64,000 nt of DNA, from the NCBI GenBank assembly GCA_046757485.1, contig JBHHYJ010000002.1, positions 8,073 through 72,072 of the forward strand, given 5' to 3'. Under the pieces are notes generated by a model. It worked only from the letters and a program-made list of their open reading frames with translations, did no database searches and was not told the DNA's origin. The DNA is from Gemmatimonadota bacterium. Its GTDB lineage: Bacteria; Gemmatimonadota; Gemmatimonadetes; Palauibacterales; Palauibacteraceae. Of this stretch, positions 18,084-26,361 are shown in pieces (the first letter of the stretch is position 1; each line of letters begins with the position of its first letter). The translations under genes and the position numbers were made by a program.

Positions 18084-19468
18084 CGGCGGCCGACGAAGGA
18101 CGCCCTCTCGCCTGGGCCGCCCTTCTGGCCCTCGGCGCGTGCGCCGGGACGCTCGTCGCCGGTGTGGGAGCCGCGCTCGCCTACACCAGGTGGGAAGCGC
18201 TCCTGCGAGGCGCTCACCTGACGTTGCCGCAGCTCCGATCCGTTCACGAATCGTTCGCCTTCGCGTGGGTGTTTCTGGGTGGCGTCGCCGTGGTGTATCT
18301 CTACCTCTTCCGCGACTGTCGCCCCCCCGCCCGGTGGGCCAGGCGACGCCTCCTGTGGCACGTGGGGCTGTGGGCGACCGCGGGCATCGGCATACTCGGG
18401 ACGCTCCTGGCGGGGCGCTTCACGGGGCGGGAGTACTTCGGCTACGACCCCGCTTTCTCCGTCCTCATCGGGCTCGGGTGGCTCTTGTTCGCCTGGAACT
18501 TCTTCGGACGGGGCGGGGCGTCCCTCCGTGGTCAGCCGGTGTACGTCTACATGTGGTCGGTGGCGATTCCGCTCTTCCTCGTCACCTTCGCGGAGGGGCA
18601 CCTCTACCTGCTGGAGCTCGTGAGCCGACGGCCGGTGCGGGATATCGCCATCCAGTGGAAGTCCAACGGCACGCTGGTCGGATCCTTCAACCTGCTCGCC
18701 TACGGCTCGTTGATGTACGTTTCCGCCTGTATCCAGGGGAGCGGGCGGTACGCTCGCTCCCGCACCGCGTTCAGCCTCTTCTTCGTCAGCCTCCTGAACA
18801 CGTTCACCAACTACGGACACCACACGTACCATCTCCCCCAGAGCTCCTGGATCCACTGGATCAGCTTCCTCGCCAGCATGCTCGAGGCGATCATCCTGGC
18901 CAAGGTGTTCCTGGATCTCATCGGGATGCTGAAGACCCGTCGAGCGGTGGCCGACCGGTCGGTGCCCGGGCGGCTCATCCGGTGGGGGACGGTATGGACG
19001 TTTCTGATGTTGCTCCTCGCGGTGGCCCTCGCGATTCCTCCTCTCAACGCGTTGGTCCACGGGACACACGTGGTCGTCGCTCATTCGATGGGGAGCATGA
19101 TCGGCATCGACTCCCTGATCCTGTGGGCCGGCCTCGCGTACCTGATCGGGCACCTGCTGGGCCCGCAACATCCCGCCCTGAACGGTGGACGGGTTCGGAT
19201 GGCGCTCCCCCTCCTCAGCGTCTGCCTCCTCGTGTTCCTGCTCGCCTACCTCGTCCGCGGCGCCGCCGCCGGGTGGGTCCGGTACATGGGACCGTCCGCC
19301 CCCGACCCTTCCCGGGTGTTCGAGCTCTTTCCCCTCGTCATGCTCGTCTCCGGCATCGGGCTGGCGGGGACCGCGCTGTGGGTCATCGGCCCATGGATGA
19401 TCGCCCTGGCGCCGGTGGCGATCGGGAGCCGTCGAGAACGCCGGCCGATACGGCCACCCGCACGGTGA
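18065..19468 (+). CDS. Haem-copper oxidase superfamily subunit I-like protein (NorB/CcoN-like, divergent)
   Basis: About 467 aa with about 12 predicted TM helices. Conserved His in helix II (SVHESF), EGH, an HH pair (NYGHHTYH), and an atypical helix-X pattern LVHGTHVVVAHSMGSM instead of HxH. The start overlaps the cytochrome c gene by 19 nt. Confidence 0.55.
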   Translation: MVGVPVTAADEGRPLAWAALLALGACAGTLVAGVGAALAYTRWEALLRGAHLTLPQLRSVHESFAFAWVFLGGVAVVYLYLFRDCRPPARWARRRLLWHVGLWATAGIGILGTLLAGRFTGREYFGYDPAFSVLIGLGWLLFAWNFFGRGGASLRGQPVYVYMWSVAIPLFLVTFAEGHLYLLELVSRRPVRDIAIQWKSNGTLVGSFNLLAYGSLMYVSACIQGSGRYARSRTAFSLFFVSLLNTFTNYGHHTYHLPQSSWIHWISFLASMLEAIILAKVFLDLIGMLKTRRAVADRSVPGRLIRWGTVWTFLMLLLAVALAIPPLNALVHGTHVVVAHSMGSMIGIDSLILWAGLAYLIGHLLGPQHPALNGGRVRMALPLLSVCLLVFLLAYLVRGAAAGWVRYMGPSAPDPSRVFELFPLVMLVSGIGLAGTALWVIGPWMIALAPVAIGSRRERRPIRPPAR

Positions 19469-19642
19469 CGAGCGCCGATCCTCTCTTCGCCACCCGCGGT
19501 TCGGAGGCACGCCGCGGTTGGGGCGTCGTGCCGCGGCACGCACCCGCAACGGGACAGGCCGAAACCGTTCCACCAGGTAGGTCGTACGGAATCCCGCTCC
19601 CGTTCCTTACAGCTTTCGCCCTCGACGCGAGGAGAGATACAG

Positions 19643-19975
19643 ATGGGGTTCCTGGTTCATATCCTGGTGACGGCGGTCCTTCTCCTGCTCATCGCCAAGC
19701 TCGTCTCCGGCTTCGAGCTGGACGGGTTCGGGGCGGCGGTGCTGGCGGCTCTCGGTCTCGGCCTGGTGAACGCCTTCCTGCGACCTCTGGCCCTCGTCCT
19801 GTCGCTCCCGGTGACCTTCCTGACCCTGGGCCTGTTCATCCTGGTCATCAACGCGCTGATGTTGTGGCTGGCCGCGGCGCTCGTCCCCGGCTTCCGGATC
19901 CGGGGCTTCGGGGCGGCGTTCACGGGCGCCCTCCTCCTCAGCGTGTTCAACTGGGTGGTGGGCCGGATCTTCTAG
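19643..19975 (+). CDS. Phage-holin-4_2 / DUF360 family small membrane protein
   Basis: 110 aa with four TM helices. Matches the DUF360 consensus ...LVNAFLRPLALVLSLPVTFLTLGLFILVINALMLWLAAALVPGF.I.GF.... Confidence 0.7.
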   Translation: MGFLVHILVTAVLLLLIAKLVSGFELDGFGAAVLAALGLGLVNAFLRPLALVLSLPVTFLTLGLFILVINALMLWLAAALVPGFRIRGFGAAFTGALLLSVFNWVVGRIF

Positions 19976-20074
19976 GAGCTCTTCCCGGGCAGCTAGAAGC
20001 CAGACGTCGCCGATCCCGGCCACGCCCGGGGTGATCGAGGTGAAGACGATCGGCACGACGGTCGCGGGCCGTCC

Positions 20075-20635
20075 TCAGACGAAGAGCCGGGCGAGCCATT
20101 CCGCCACGCGACCGAGCTCGCGCACGTCGTGCTCCGTGAAGGCGGCCGGCCGATCGCTGTCCAGGTCCAGCTGCCCGTGGATCTCCCCCGACTCGGGATC
20201 CCGGATCAGGACGACGAGCTCGGAGCGCGTCTCCAGGCTACAGGCGAGATAGTTGTCGAGCGCGCGCACGTCCGGGACGTTGATGTCGCGGCCTTCGGCG
20301 ACCGCCGTCCCGCACACCCCCACCCCTACGGGGATCCGGACGTGGTCCGTGGGCCGGCCGACGTAGTTGTGGAGGACGAGCTCCCCGGCGGGAGGCGTCG
20401 GAGGTCCGGGCCGCGGCGGCCCCCCTTCGCCCCCGACCCGCGCCGGCTCCGCTTGGCCCCCGGACCTCGTCGAGGGCTCCAGCAGGTAGACGCCCACCCA
20501 GTGGAAGCGCTCCTCGGCCGCTTCGATGAGGCAGACCGCCTCCCGCAGCAGGTCATCCCGGTCGCCTCCCGCCGCGCGCCGCGAGGCGAGCGCACGGATC
20601 ACTTCCTCCGCGCTCAGCACCGATCGATCAGCCAA
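20075..20635 (-). CDS. GAF-domain protein (free methionine-(R)-sulfoxide reductase fRMsr/MsrC-like)
   Basis: 186 aa. HWVGVYLLE...VCGTAVAEG...SELVVLIRDPESGEIHGQLDLDS is typical of single-domain GAF/fRMsr proteins. Confidence 0.65.
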   Translation of the reverse strand: MADRSVLSAEEVIRALASRRAAGGDRDDLLREAVCLIEAAEERFHWVGVYLLEPSTRSGGQAEPARVGGEGGPPRPGPPTPPAGELVLHNYVGRPTDHVRIPVGVGVCGTAVAEGRDINVPDVRALDNYLACSLETRSELVVLIRDPESGEIHGQLDLDSDRPAAFTEHDVRELGRVAEWLARLFV

Positions 20636-20659
20636 AGAGGCGTCGGCGCGGGGTACGCA

Positions 20660-21175
20660 TCATCCGCTTGAAGGCCTGTCCGGGGCCGCCCCCTGGGAGG
20701 CAGCCGACGGCCCGTCCCACGGGCCCTCCGCGGGGAGCTCCACCCCCTTCGGCTCCGCCACGGCCTCGGTTCCCCTGAGCCGATCCACCGCGGCGATCCC
20801 CGGGCCCGCGAAGACGAGGGTGAGAAGGGCGGCGATGAGCACGACGTTGAACTCCACCCCATCGTGCCCGGGGCCGATCACATACCACCCGCCGGCCGCG
20901 TGCACGAGCACGATCCCGAGGAACATCTCCACGCACAGGAGGAGCGCGATCGGGGTGACGAGGAACCCGACGATGAGGAGGAGCCCGCCGAAGAACTCCA
21001 GGACCGTGATGAGCCACGCCCAGTAGAGCGGCGCCGGGAAGCCGAGCTCGCCCAGCATCTGCGTCGTGAAGCCGACGCCGCCGATCAGCTTCGGGGCGCC
21101 ATGGGCGAGGTAGGTCACCCCGAGCACGACACGGAGAATCGCCAGCCCCAGCTGCGGATGCAGTCCTCTTCTCAT
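20660..21175 (-). CDS. DoxX family membrane protein
   Basis: 171 aa with four TM helices. LRVVLGVTYLAHGAPKL and GLLLIVGFLT match the DoxX pattern. Confidence 0.7.
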   Translation of the reverse strand: MRRGLHPQLGLAILRVVLGVTYLAHGAPKLIGGVGFTTQMLGELGFPAPLYWAWLITVLEFFGGLLLIVGFLVTPIALLLCVEMFLGIVLVHAAGGWYVIGPGHDGVEFNVVLIAALLTLVFAGPGIAAVDRLRGTEAVAEPKGVELPAEGPWDGPSAASQGAAPDRPSSG

Positions 21176-21247
21176 CGGCCGCCGTCATCGGTGAGCCCGG
21201 GCCCGAGACCGGGGCGCAACCGAGCCGCTCGACGGCCGGATCCCGCC

Positions 21248-22432
21248 TCAGGCCACGACCAACAGCGCCGTACCGTACATGAGGAGGAGGCCGAGCGCCA
21301 ATCCCCCGGCGTTCAACGGCTCGAAGATGCCCTGGGGCCACTCCCGGTGCACGAGCTTCCCGACGACCCACACGACCTGGAAGATGGCCCCCGCGCCGAG
21401 CGCCAGGAAGAGTGTGGCGGCGATCGGCGAGTACGAGAAGCCGCCGATCCACGCGCCGCCGATGGTGGGCAGGCCGGCCGTGGCGCCCATCCCGGCCAGC
21501 TTCCGAAGACCCGGTCGATCGCCCGCCACGGGCGCGACGATCGCCAGGCCCTCCGTCGTGTTGTGGAGCGCGAAGCCGATCACCAGAAAGCTCCCCAGGG
21601 CGATCTCGCCGACCGAGTACGCGGCGCCGATCGCCAGCCCTTCTCCCAGGTTGTGGAGACCGATCCCCACGGCGATCAGATAGGCGATGCGGAGCCGAGA
21701 GACGGCCCTCGTGGGCGCCCTGTCTCCCGCTTCCCCGAGAGCGCGGAGCGCGAGGACCGCCACGCTGACCCCGATCAGGGTGAGGCCCACCCCCTGAAAC
21801 GCCCCCGGGACCCGCTCCGCCGTCTCCAGCGCTTCCTCCAGGGCATCCACGCCCAGGAAGATGAGGAGCCCCAGGGTGAGACTCAGGAAGAAGTGGAGCC
21901 ACCGCCGATCCACGCGCCGGAGGAAAGGAAACCACAGGAGGCCGAGGAGAACCGGGACCACCCCGGCGTACAGGCCCAAAAGGGTGAACGTCCCCAGGTA
22001 GCGGGCGTTCGGCCGCGGCGTCAGGGTCGCCACCTCGACCACCCGGGTGAAGGTGAGCCCCGTGGAAGTCACGATGGTAACCTGGTGCGGCTCACCCTCC
22101 AGCCACGGATAGGCCACGGTGAGGGTTCTCCGCCCGAGACGTGGGATCGTGAGGCTCCCGTCGATCTCGAACAGCCGGTAGGCCACGTCCACCTGGAGCT
22201 GGGCGATGGTCGACGCTTCCGGTCCACCGTTCACGAGGTGAACCTCCATCGTGCCCGGCTCCGGGAAGGTGACCCGCTCGATCGTCAGCTCTTCGAGCGG
22301 CGGGAAAGCGGCCCGGAACGGCCCCGTCGGGTCGAACCGCACGAAGAGGCCTATCAGCCCCGCCAGCAGGAAGAGGGGCAGCAACCCCCATACCCACCGA
22401 CGCCCCGAGGCCACCCCTCGCCTCTCAGCCAT
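21248..22432 (-). CDS. ZIP family metal (Zn/Fe) transporter with an N-terminal extracytoplasmic extension
   Basis: C-terminal GLHNLGEGLAIGAAY and ALHNTTEGLAI are ZIP signature helices. The probable start is M29 of the track ORF (MAERRGVASGRRWVWGLLPLF), overlapping the upstream gene stop by 8 nt. Confidence 0.8.
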   Translation of the reverse strand: MAERRGVASGRRWVWGLLPLFLLAGLIGLFVRFDPTGPFRAAFPPLEELTIERVTFPEPGTMEVHLVNGGPEASTIAQLQVDVAYRLFEIDGSLTIPRLGRRTLTVAYPWLEGEPHQVTIVTSTGLTFTRVVEVATLTPRPNARYLGTFTLLGLYAGVVPVLLGLLWFPFLRRVDRRWLHFFLSLTLGLLIFLGVDALEEALETAERVPGAFQGVGLTLIGVSVAVLALRALGEAGDRAPTRAVSRLRIAYLIAVGIGLHNLGEGLAIGAAYSVGEIALGSFLVIGFALHNTTEGLAIVAPVAGDRPGLRKLAGMGATAGLPTIGGAWIGGFSYSPIAATLFLALGAGAIFQVVWVVGKLVHREWPQGIFEPLNAGGLALGLLLMYGTALLVVA

Positions 22433-23543
22433 ACTTGTACACCGGCACCCCGTCGTTGGCGGCCAGCGCGGGCACGGCGTCGAAGAATCCCAGCCAACCC
22501 AGCTCTGCGAACTCACTTTGGTGGGCGTGAAACAGGTGGAGGCCCGGATGCTCGAGCTCCATCTCCAGAATGTGCCGCTCGCCCTGGCAGAGCATCACGG
22601 TGTCGGTGAGCTCGTACTGGTCGGTCCGCGTGCCCGTCCGGTATACCCGGAACATCCCGGCGTGTAGGTGCAGGGAGTTCACCGGATCGAACTCGGTGAT
22701 GTTGACCAGGTAGATGCGAACAGGCTCGCCCACTCCGACCCGGATCGGGTGGGTCTGATAGTAGAAGGCCGCGGTGTTGACCGCGTACACCTCGTTCTCC
22801 TCGTCGAAATTCGTGTCGAAGCCGTTCATCACCATCACGAGCTCGCGGGCGGGTGGGCGACCCTCCGCCGGATCCACGATGAAGGCCCCGTACAGGCCTC
22901 TGTGGATGTGCCGCTTGAGGGGCAAGGTGTGGCAGTGATACAGGTGGAGGCCGAACGGCTTCGCCTCGAACTCGTAGGTGAACTTCTCCCCTGGCTCCAC
23001 GACCGGCTCCAGTCCGTCCATCTCCGGTGGGTGGGTCCCGTGGAAGTGGATCGTGTGGGGGTGGGATCCGGCGTTCACGAAGTGAACCCGCAGAAGGTCT
23101 CCCTCCGTGCAGCGGATGGTCGGGCCGGGAACCTGGCCGTTGTAGGTGTAGGCCGGAAACCATACTCCCGGGGCCACCTCGATCTCCCGGTCGAGGGCGA
23201 CCATCTGGAACTCGCGGACCGTTCGCCCACCGCCCGTGCGACTCACCTGGCCGAAGTCGAAGTCGGTGAGGAACGTCTCCGGGTCGAAGCCGTCCCGAGG
23301 CTTTCCGTCCCCGATCACTCCCATCCGGAGCTGGTGGCTCCCGGGCGAACCTCCCTGTGGCCCGCTCAGCTCGTGCAGCGCCTCCTCTTCCTGCAGGCCG
23401 GCAGTCGGGACTCCGGCCGCCGCCAAGGAGGCGGAGGCACCGCTTCGCGAAGCGAGACGCAAGACCGCCGTGCCGGAGAGCCCGGCCACACCGGCCGCCC
23501 CCAGCTTCAGCCAATCCCGTCGCGTCAGCTCCTGCGGCTTCAT
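22425..23543 (-). CDS. Two-domain multicopper oxidase (small laccase/NirK-like fold), Tat-secreted
   Basis: 372 aa. Tat motif TRRDWLKLGAAGVAG. His-rich copper motifs HPHTIHFHG, LYHCH...HIH, HLHAGM and LFHAHQ. Confidence 0.75.
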   Translation of the reverse strand: MKPQELTRRDWLKLGAAGVAGLSGTAVLRLASRSGASASLAAAGVPTAGLQEEEALHELSGPQGGSPGSHQLRMGVIGDGKPRDGFDPETFLTDFDFGQVSRTGGGRTVREFQMVALDREIEVAPGVWFPAYTYNGQVPGPTIRCTEGDLLRVHFVNAGSHPHTIHFHGTHPPEMDGLEPVVEPGEKFTYEFEAKPFGLHLYHCHTLPLKRHIHRGLYGAFIVDPAEGRPPARELVMVMNGFDTNFDEENEVYAVNTAAFYYQTHPIRVGVGEPVRIYLVNITEFDPVNSLHLHAGMFRVYRTGTRTDQYELTDTVMLCQGERHILEMELEHPGLHLFHAHQSEFAELGWLGFFDAVPALAANDGVPVYKYG

Positions 23544-23802
23544 GTCCCGCTCCGCGTGTTTTAGACTCGCCTAAAAAATCTTGCGCAATATCTCTCCCTC
23601 GTCGCCGGGCGTCAAGGGTGAGGCCCGGCGGCGTGGATGGATCCGTGCGGTTCCCGGTTCGAAACAGAGCCGCTTTCGGAGACTCCGCTCGACCGGGTAT
23701 CTTGGTGGCCGACCGTATCGAGAGGCAGCTACGACCGTGTCCGCCGCATCCCGCACCCTCCGACCGTTTCCGCGGACCTCGCCTTCCGACCTTCCCGAGC
23801 AG

Positions 23803-24486
23803 ATGGATGCGCCGGCGTGTGACCCGGCGGCGCTCTGGCGAGCGTTCGCGGTGATCACGCTCTGGAACCGCTGGTCCGGCGGTGACCGGCTTCTGTTTCG
23901 GCAGGTCGAACGGATCGTCGGAACGGGCGCACCGGGGCCGCTCCGGCTCCTGGACGTGGGGGCCGGGGCCGGCCACGCGTCGGTGCGCCTCGCGCGGAGG
24001 CTGGGGCGCGGCGGGCGGCGACCCCATCTCGTCCTGGCCGACCTCCACGAGGCCGCCCTGGAGATCGCCCGGAACCGGGCGCGAAGGAATCCGTTCTTGG
24101 TCAGGGGGGTCGAGCGCCTCGACTACGTTCGGTTGACCGGCCCCCGGCTCCCGTTCGGCGATCGGAGCTTCGACGTGGCGTTCTCCTCTACGACCCTGCA
24201 CCATATGGAGCGGCCCCAGGCGGTCGCTTTCCTCCGGGAGATGGCCCGCGTCTCCCGGCTCGGCTGGGTGGTGGCCGATCTTCGGCGTTCCCGAACGGCG
24301 TACGTTGGGGTGCGGCTGCTGGCCGCTCTCCTCCCCCGGGACGCCTTGCCTCGCCGCGACGGCCCCGTGTCGGTGCGCCGGGCGTTCACCCCGCGGGAGG
24401 TGGAGGAGCTGTGCGTGGACGCGGGGATCCGGCCCGCGACTGTCTCGAGTCGGCTGTTTCGCCTCGCCATTCGGGGCACGCCGTGA
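23803..24486 (+). CDS. Class I SAM-dependent methyltransferase
   Basis: LDVGAGAGHASVRLA (motif I) and VAFSSTTLHHM. ATG at 23803. The upstream part of the track ORF is a likely spurious extension. Confidence 0.7.
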   Translation: MDAPACDPAALWRAFAVITLWNRWSGGDRLLFRQVERIVGTGAPGPLRLLDVGAGAGHASVRLARRLGRGGRRPHLVLADLHEAALEIARNRARRNPFLVRGVERLDYVRLTGPRLPFGDRSFDVAFSSTTLHHMERPQAVAFLREMARVSRLGWVVADLRRSRTAYVGVRLLAALLPRDALPRRDGPVSVRRAFTPREVEELCVDAGIRPATVSSRLFRLAIRGTP

Positions 24487-25853
24487 CCGCGAGCGGCAGG
24501 CGCCGGGAGGTGGAGGTGGTGGTCGTGGGTGGCGGGCCCGCGGGTAGCTCGCTCGCCTGGCACCTCGCCCGACACGGGATCCCGACCCGGGTCCTCGACG
24601 CGCGCGGCTTCCCCCGCTCCAAACCGTGTGGTGATGCCCTCAGCCCGGGTGCCCAGCCGCTCCTGGAGGAGCTCGGGGTCCTCGGCGCGCTCGAGGAGGC
24701 CGGCGCCGCGCGCATCCGCGGCTGGAAGCTCCGGGCTCCGAACGGAACGTGGTTCGCCGGCACGTTCGGGCCCGGAGCGGGGAGTGGGCCGCCGTACGGC
24801 TTGTGTCTCCAGCGGGATCGGCTGGACTCCCTGCTGCTGGAGGCCGCGCTGCGGGCAGGTGCAGAGTTCCTCCCCCGCCGCCGGGTCTTCGGTCTCCTCC
24901 GCTCGACGGCCTCCCCCGGGGACACGCCGTCCGGGAGCGGAGCCCGGCGGGCGAGCGGAACCCGAGGTGCGGGCGCAGGATTGCCGGGTGGCACCGCGCG
25001 GCCCGCGGGGCGGATCGCCGGCGTGGTCGCCCGAGGGGCCGATGGGCGAGAGGAGTGCTTTCCGGCGCGCGTCGTCGTCGGCGCCGACGGGCTTCGGTCT
25101 CGCGTCGCGCGGCTGTTCGGCGGCGTCCGTCAGGGTGCCCGCGAGCGGCTGGCGCTCGTGGGTCGCTTCGAGGGAGCGGAAGGCCCCCGAGGGCTAGGAG
25201 CCATGCGGATCAGCGCCGAGGGCGTTCTGGGATGGGCGCCGATCGGGCCGGGACGGAGCAACCTCACGCTCGTCGTCCCGCGGCGGCGGGCCGGGGAGAT
25301 CGCTGCCGACCCGCGGGCGTTCTACCGATCCCGCCTACAACGCTACGGGGTGTGGGACCGCGTGGCGGGCGCCCGGCCACTCGGCGACCTCGCCGTGACC
25401 GGGCCGTTCGACGTGCGTCCCCGGCGGACGTCGGTCCCCGGCGGGATGCTGATCGGCGATGCGGCGGGCTACTTCGACCCGTTCACCGGTCAGGGGATTC
25501 ACCGCGCCCTCGCCACGGGACGCCTGGCCTCCGTCGCGATCCGGGCGTTACTCGAGCACCCCGAGGAGGAGCCCGAGATCCGGCGGGACTACGACCGGGC
25601 GCTCGCGCGGCTTCTCCGTCCGGGCCGCCGGGTCCAGCGACTCGTGGACGCCTGCATCTCCTCGCCCGCCGTCCTGAACCCGCTGGCCGGTCTTCTCGCC
25701 CGACGCCCCGGGCTCGTCGACCTTCTCCTGGAGGTGACGGGGGACCGGCTTCCGCCCGCCGCCCTGCTGGACCCGCGGCTCCTGTGGCGAGCTTTCCAGG
25801 GCAGGTCCGGGAGCTCCCCCCCGACCCGGAGCGAGGAGCATGCACACGCGTAA
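24483..25853 (+). CDS. FAD-dependent oxidoreductase, geranylgeranyl-reductase / halogenase-like family
   Basis: GTG start overlaps the methyltransferase stop as GTGA. Rossmann motif VVVVGGGPAGSSLAWHLAR. GADGLRS and GDAAG motifs. Confidence 0.75.
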   Translation: MTASGRRREVEVVVVGGGPAGSSLAWHLARHGIPTRVLDARGFPRSKPCGDALSPGAQPLLEELGVLGALEEAGAARIRGWKLRAPNGTWFAGTFGPGAGSGPPYGLCLQRDRLDSLLLEAALRAGAEFLPRRRVFGLLRSTASPGDTPSGSGARRASGTRGAGAGLPGGTARPAGRIAGVVARGADGREECFPARVVVGADGLRSRVARLFGGVRQGARERLALVGRFEGAEGPRGLGAMRISAEGVLGWAPIGPGRSNLTLVVPRRRAGEIAADPRAFYRSRLQRYGVWDRVAGARPLGDLAVTGPFDVRPRRTSVPGGMLIGDAAGYFDPFTGQGIHRALATGRLASVAIRALLEHPEEEPEIRRDYDRALARLLRPGRRVQRLVDACISSPAVLNPLAGLLARRPGLVDLLLEVTGDRLPPAALLDPRLLWRAFQGRSGSSPPTRSEEHAHA

Positions 25854-26361
25854 CGAAATCCTGATCAGAGGACCGCTGGAGACGTGTCTCCGGGCCGGAA
25901 TGGAGGTCGAGCGGTGGCCGGACATCCTTCCTCACTACCGCGAGGTCCGCTTCCTTCGCCGGGATGGTCCCGGGGCGGGGCGGGTACGGATGGCGGCCTC
26001 CCGGGACTTCGGGCCCGTTCCGTATCCCGTCTGGTGGGTCTCGGAGATGGTGACGGACGGGGCCCGGGCGGAGATTCGCTATCGACACGTGGAGGGGATC
26101 ACCCGCGGGATGGAGGTGAGCTGGCGGCTTCAGGAGGCGGGCGACGGCACTCGTATCGTCATCCTCCACGACTGGGATGGCCCCCGGTGGCCCGCCCTGG
26201 GAGGTGTGGCCGCGAGTCTCGTCATCGGGCCGGGCTTCATCCGCGTCGTCGCCGACAGAACCCTGAAGGGGATTCGCCGCCACGTCGAATCGGGCGGCCG
26301 TCCCGGCACGCGGGCGCGGGCAGCCGCCGGTGCCCTCCACGGGGAGGAGACGCGTGGCTGA
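25840..26361 (+). CDS. SRPBCC (START/Bet v1-like, polyketide cyclase/dehydrase-like) family protein
   Basis: 173 aa. Overlaps the upstream gene by 14 nt and the downstream gene by 8 nt. Helix-grip fold pattern (WPDILPHY..., ...RIVILHDW). Confidence 0.55.
   Translation: MHTRNEILIRGPLETCLRAGMEVERWPDILPHYREVRFLRRDGPGAGRVRMAASRDFGPVPYPVWWVSEMVTDGARAEIRYRHVEGITRGMEVSWRLQEAGDGTRIVILHDWDGPRWPALGGVAASLVIGPGFIRVVADRTLKGIRRHVESGGRPGTRARAAAGALHGEETRG

Noticed and set aside
19520-19545. GTGCCGCGGCAC 12-nt perfect palindrome downstream of the oxidase-like gene, considered as a terminator
   Set aside because: No loop and no T-tract. More likely a chance GC palindrome or restriction-type site. Convergent gene ends elsewhere (for example 10419/10439) leave no room for hairpin terminators either.
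17933-20034. ORFs 17933-19573 (minus) and 18055-20034 (plus) overlapping the oxidase-like gene
   Set aside because: Wrong frame or strand relative to a 12-TM protein with conserved His. Low-complexity content.
20628-22609. ORFs 20628-21935 (minus) and 20864-22609 (plus)
   Set aside because: Alternative frames across the DoxX and ZIP genes. No motifs.
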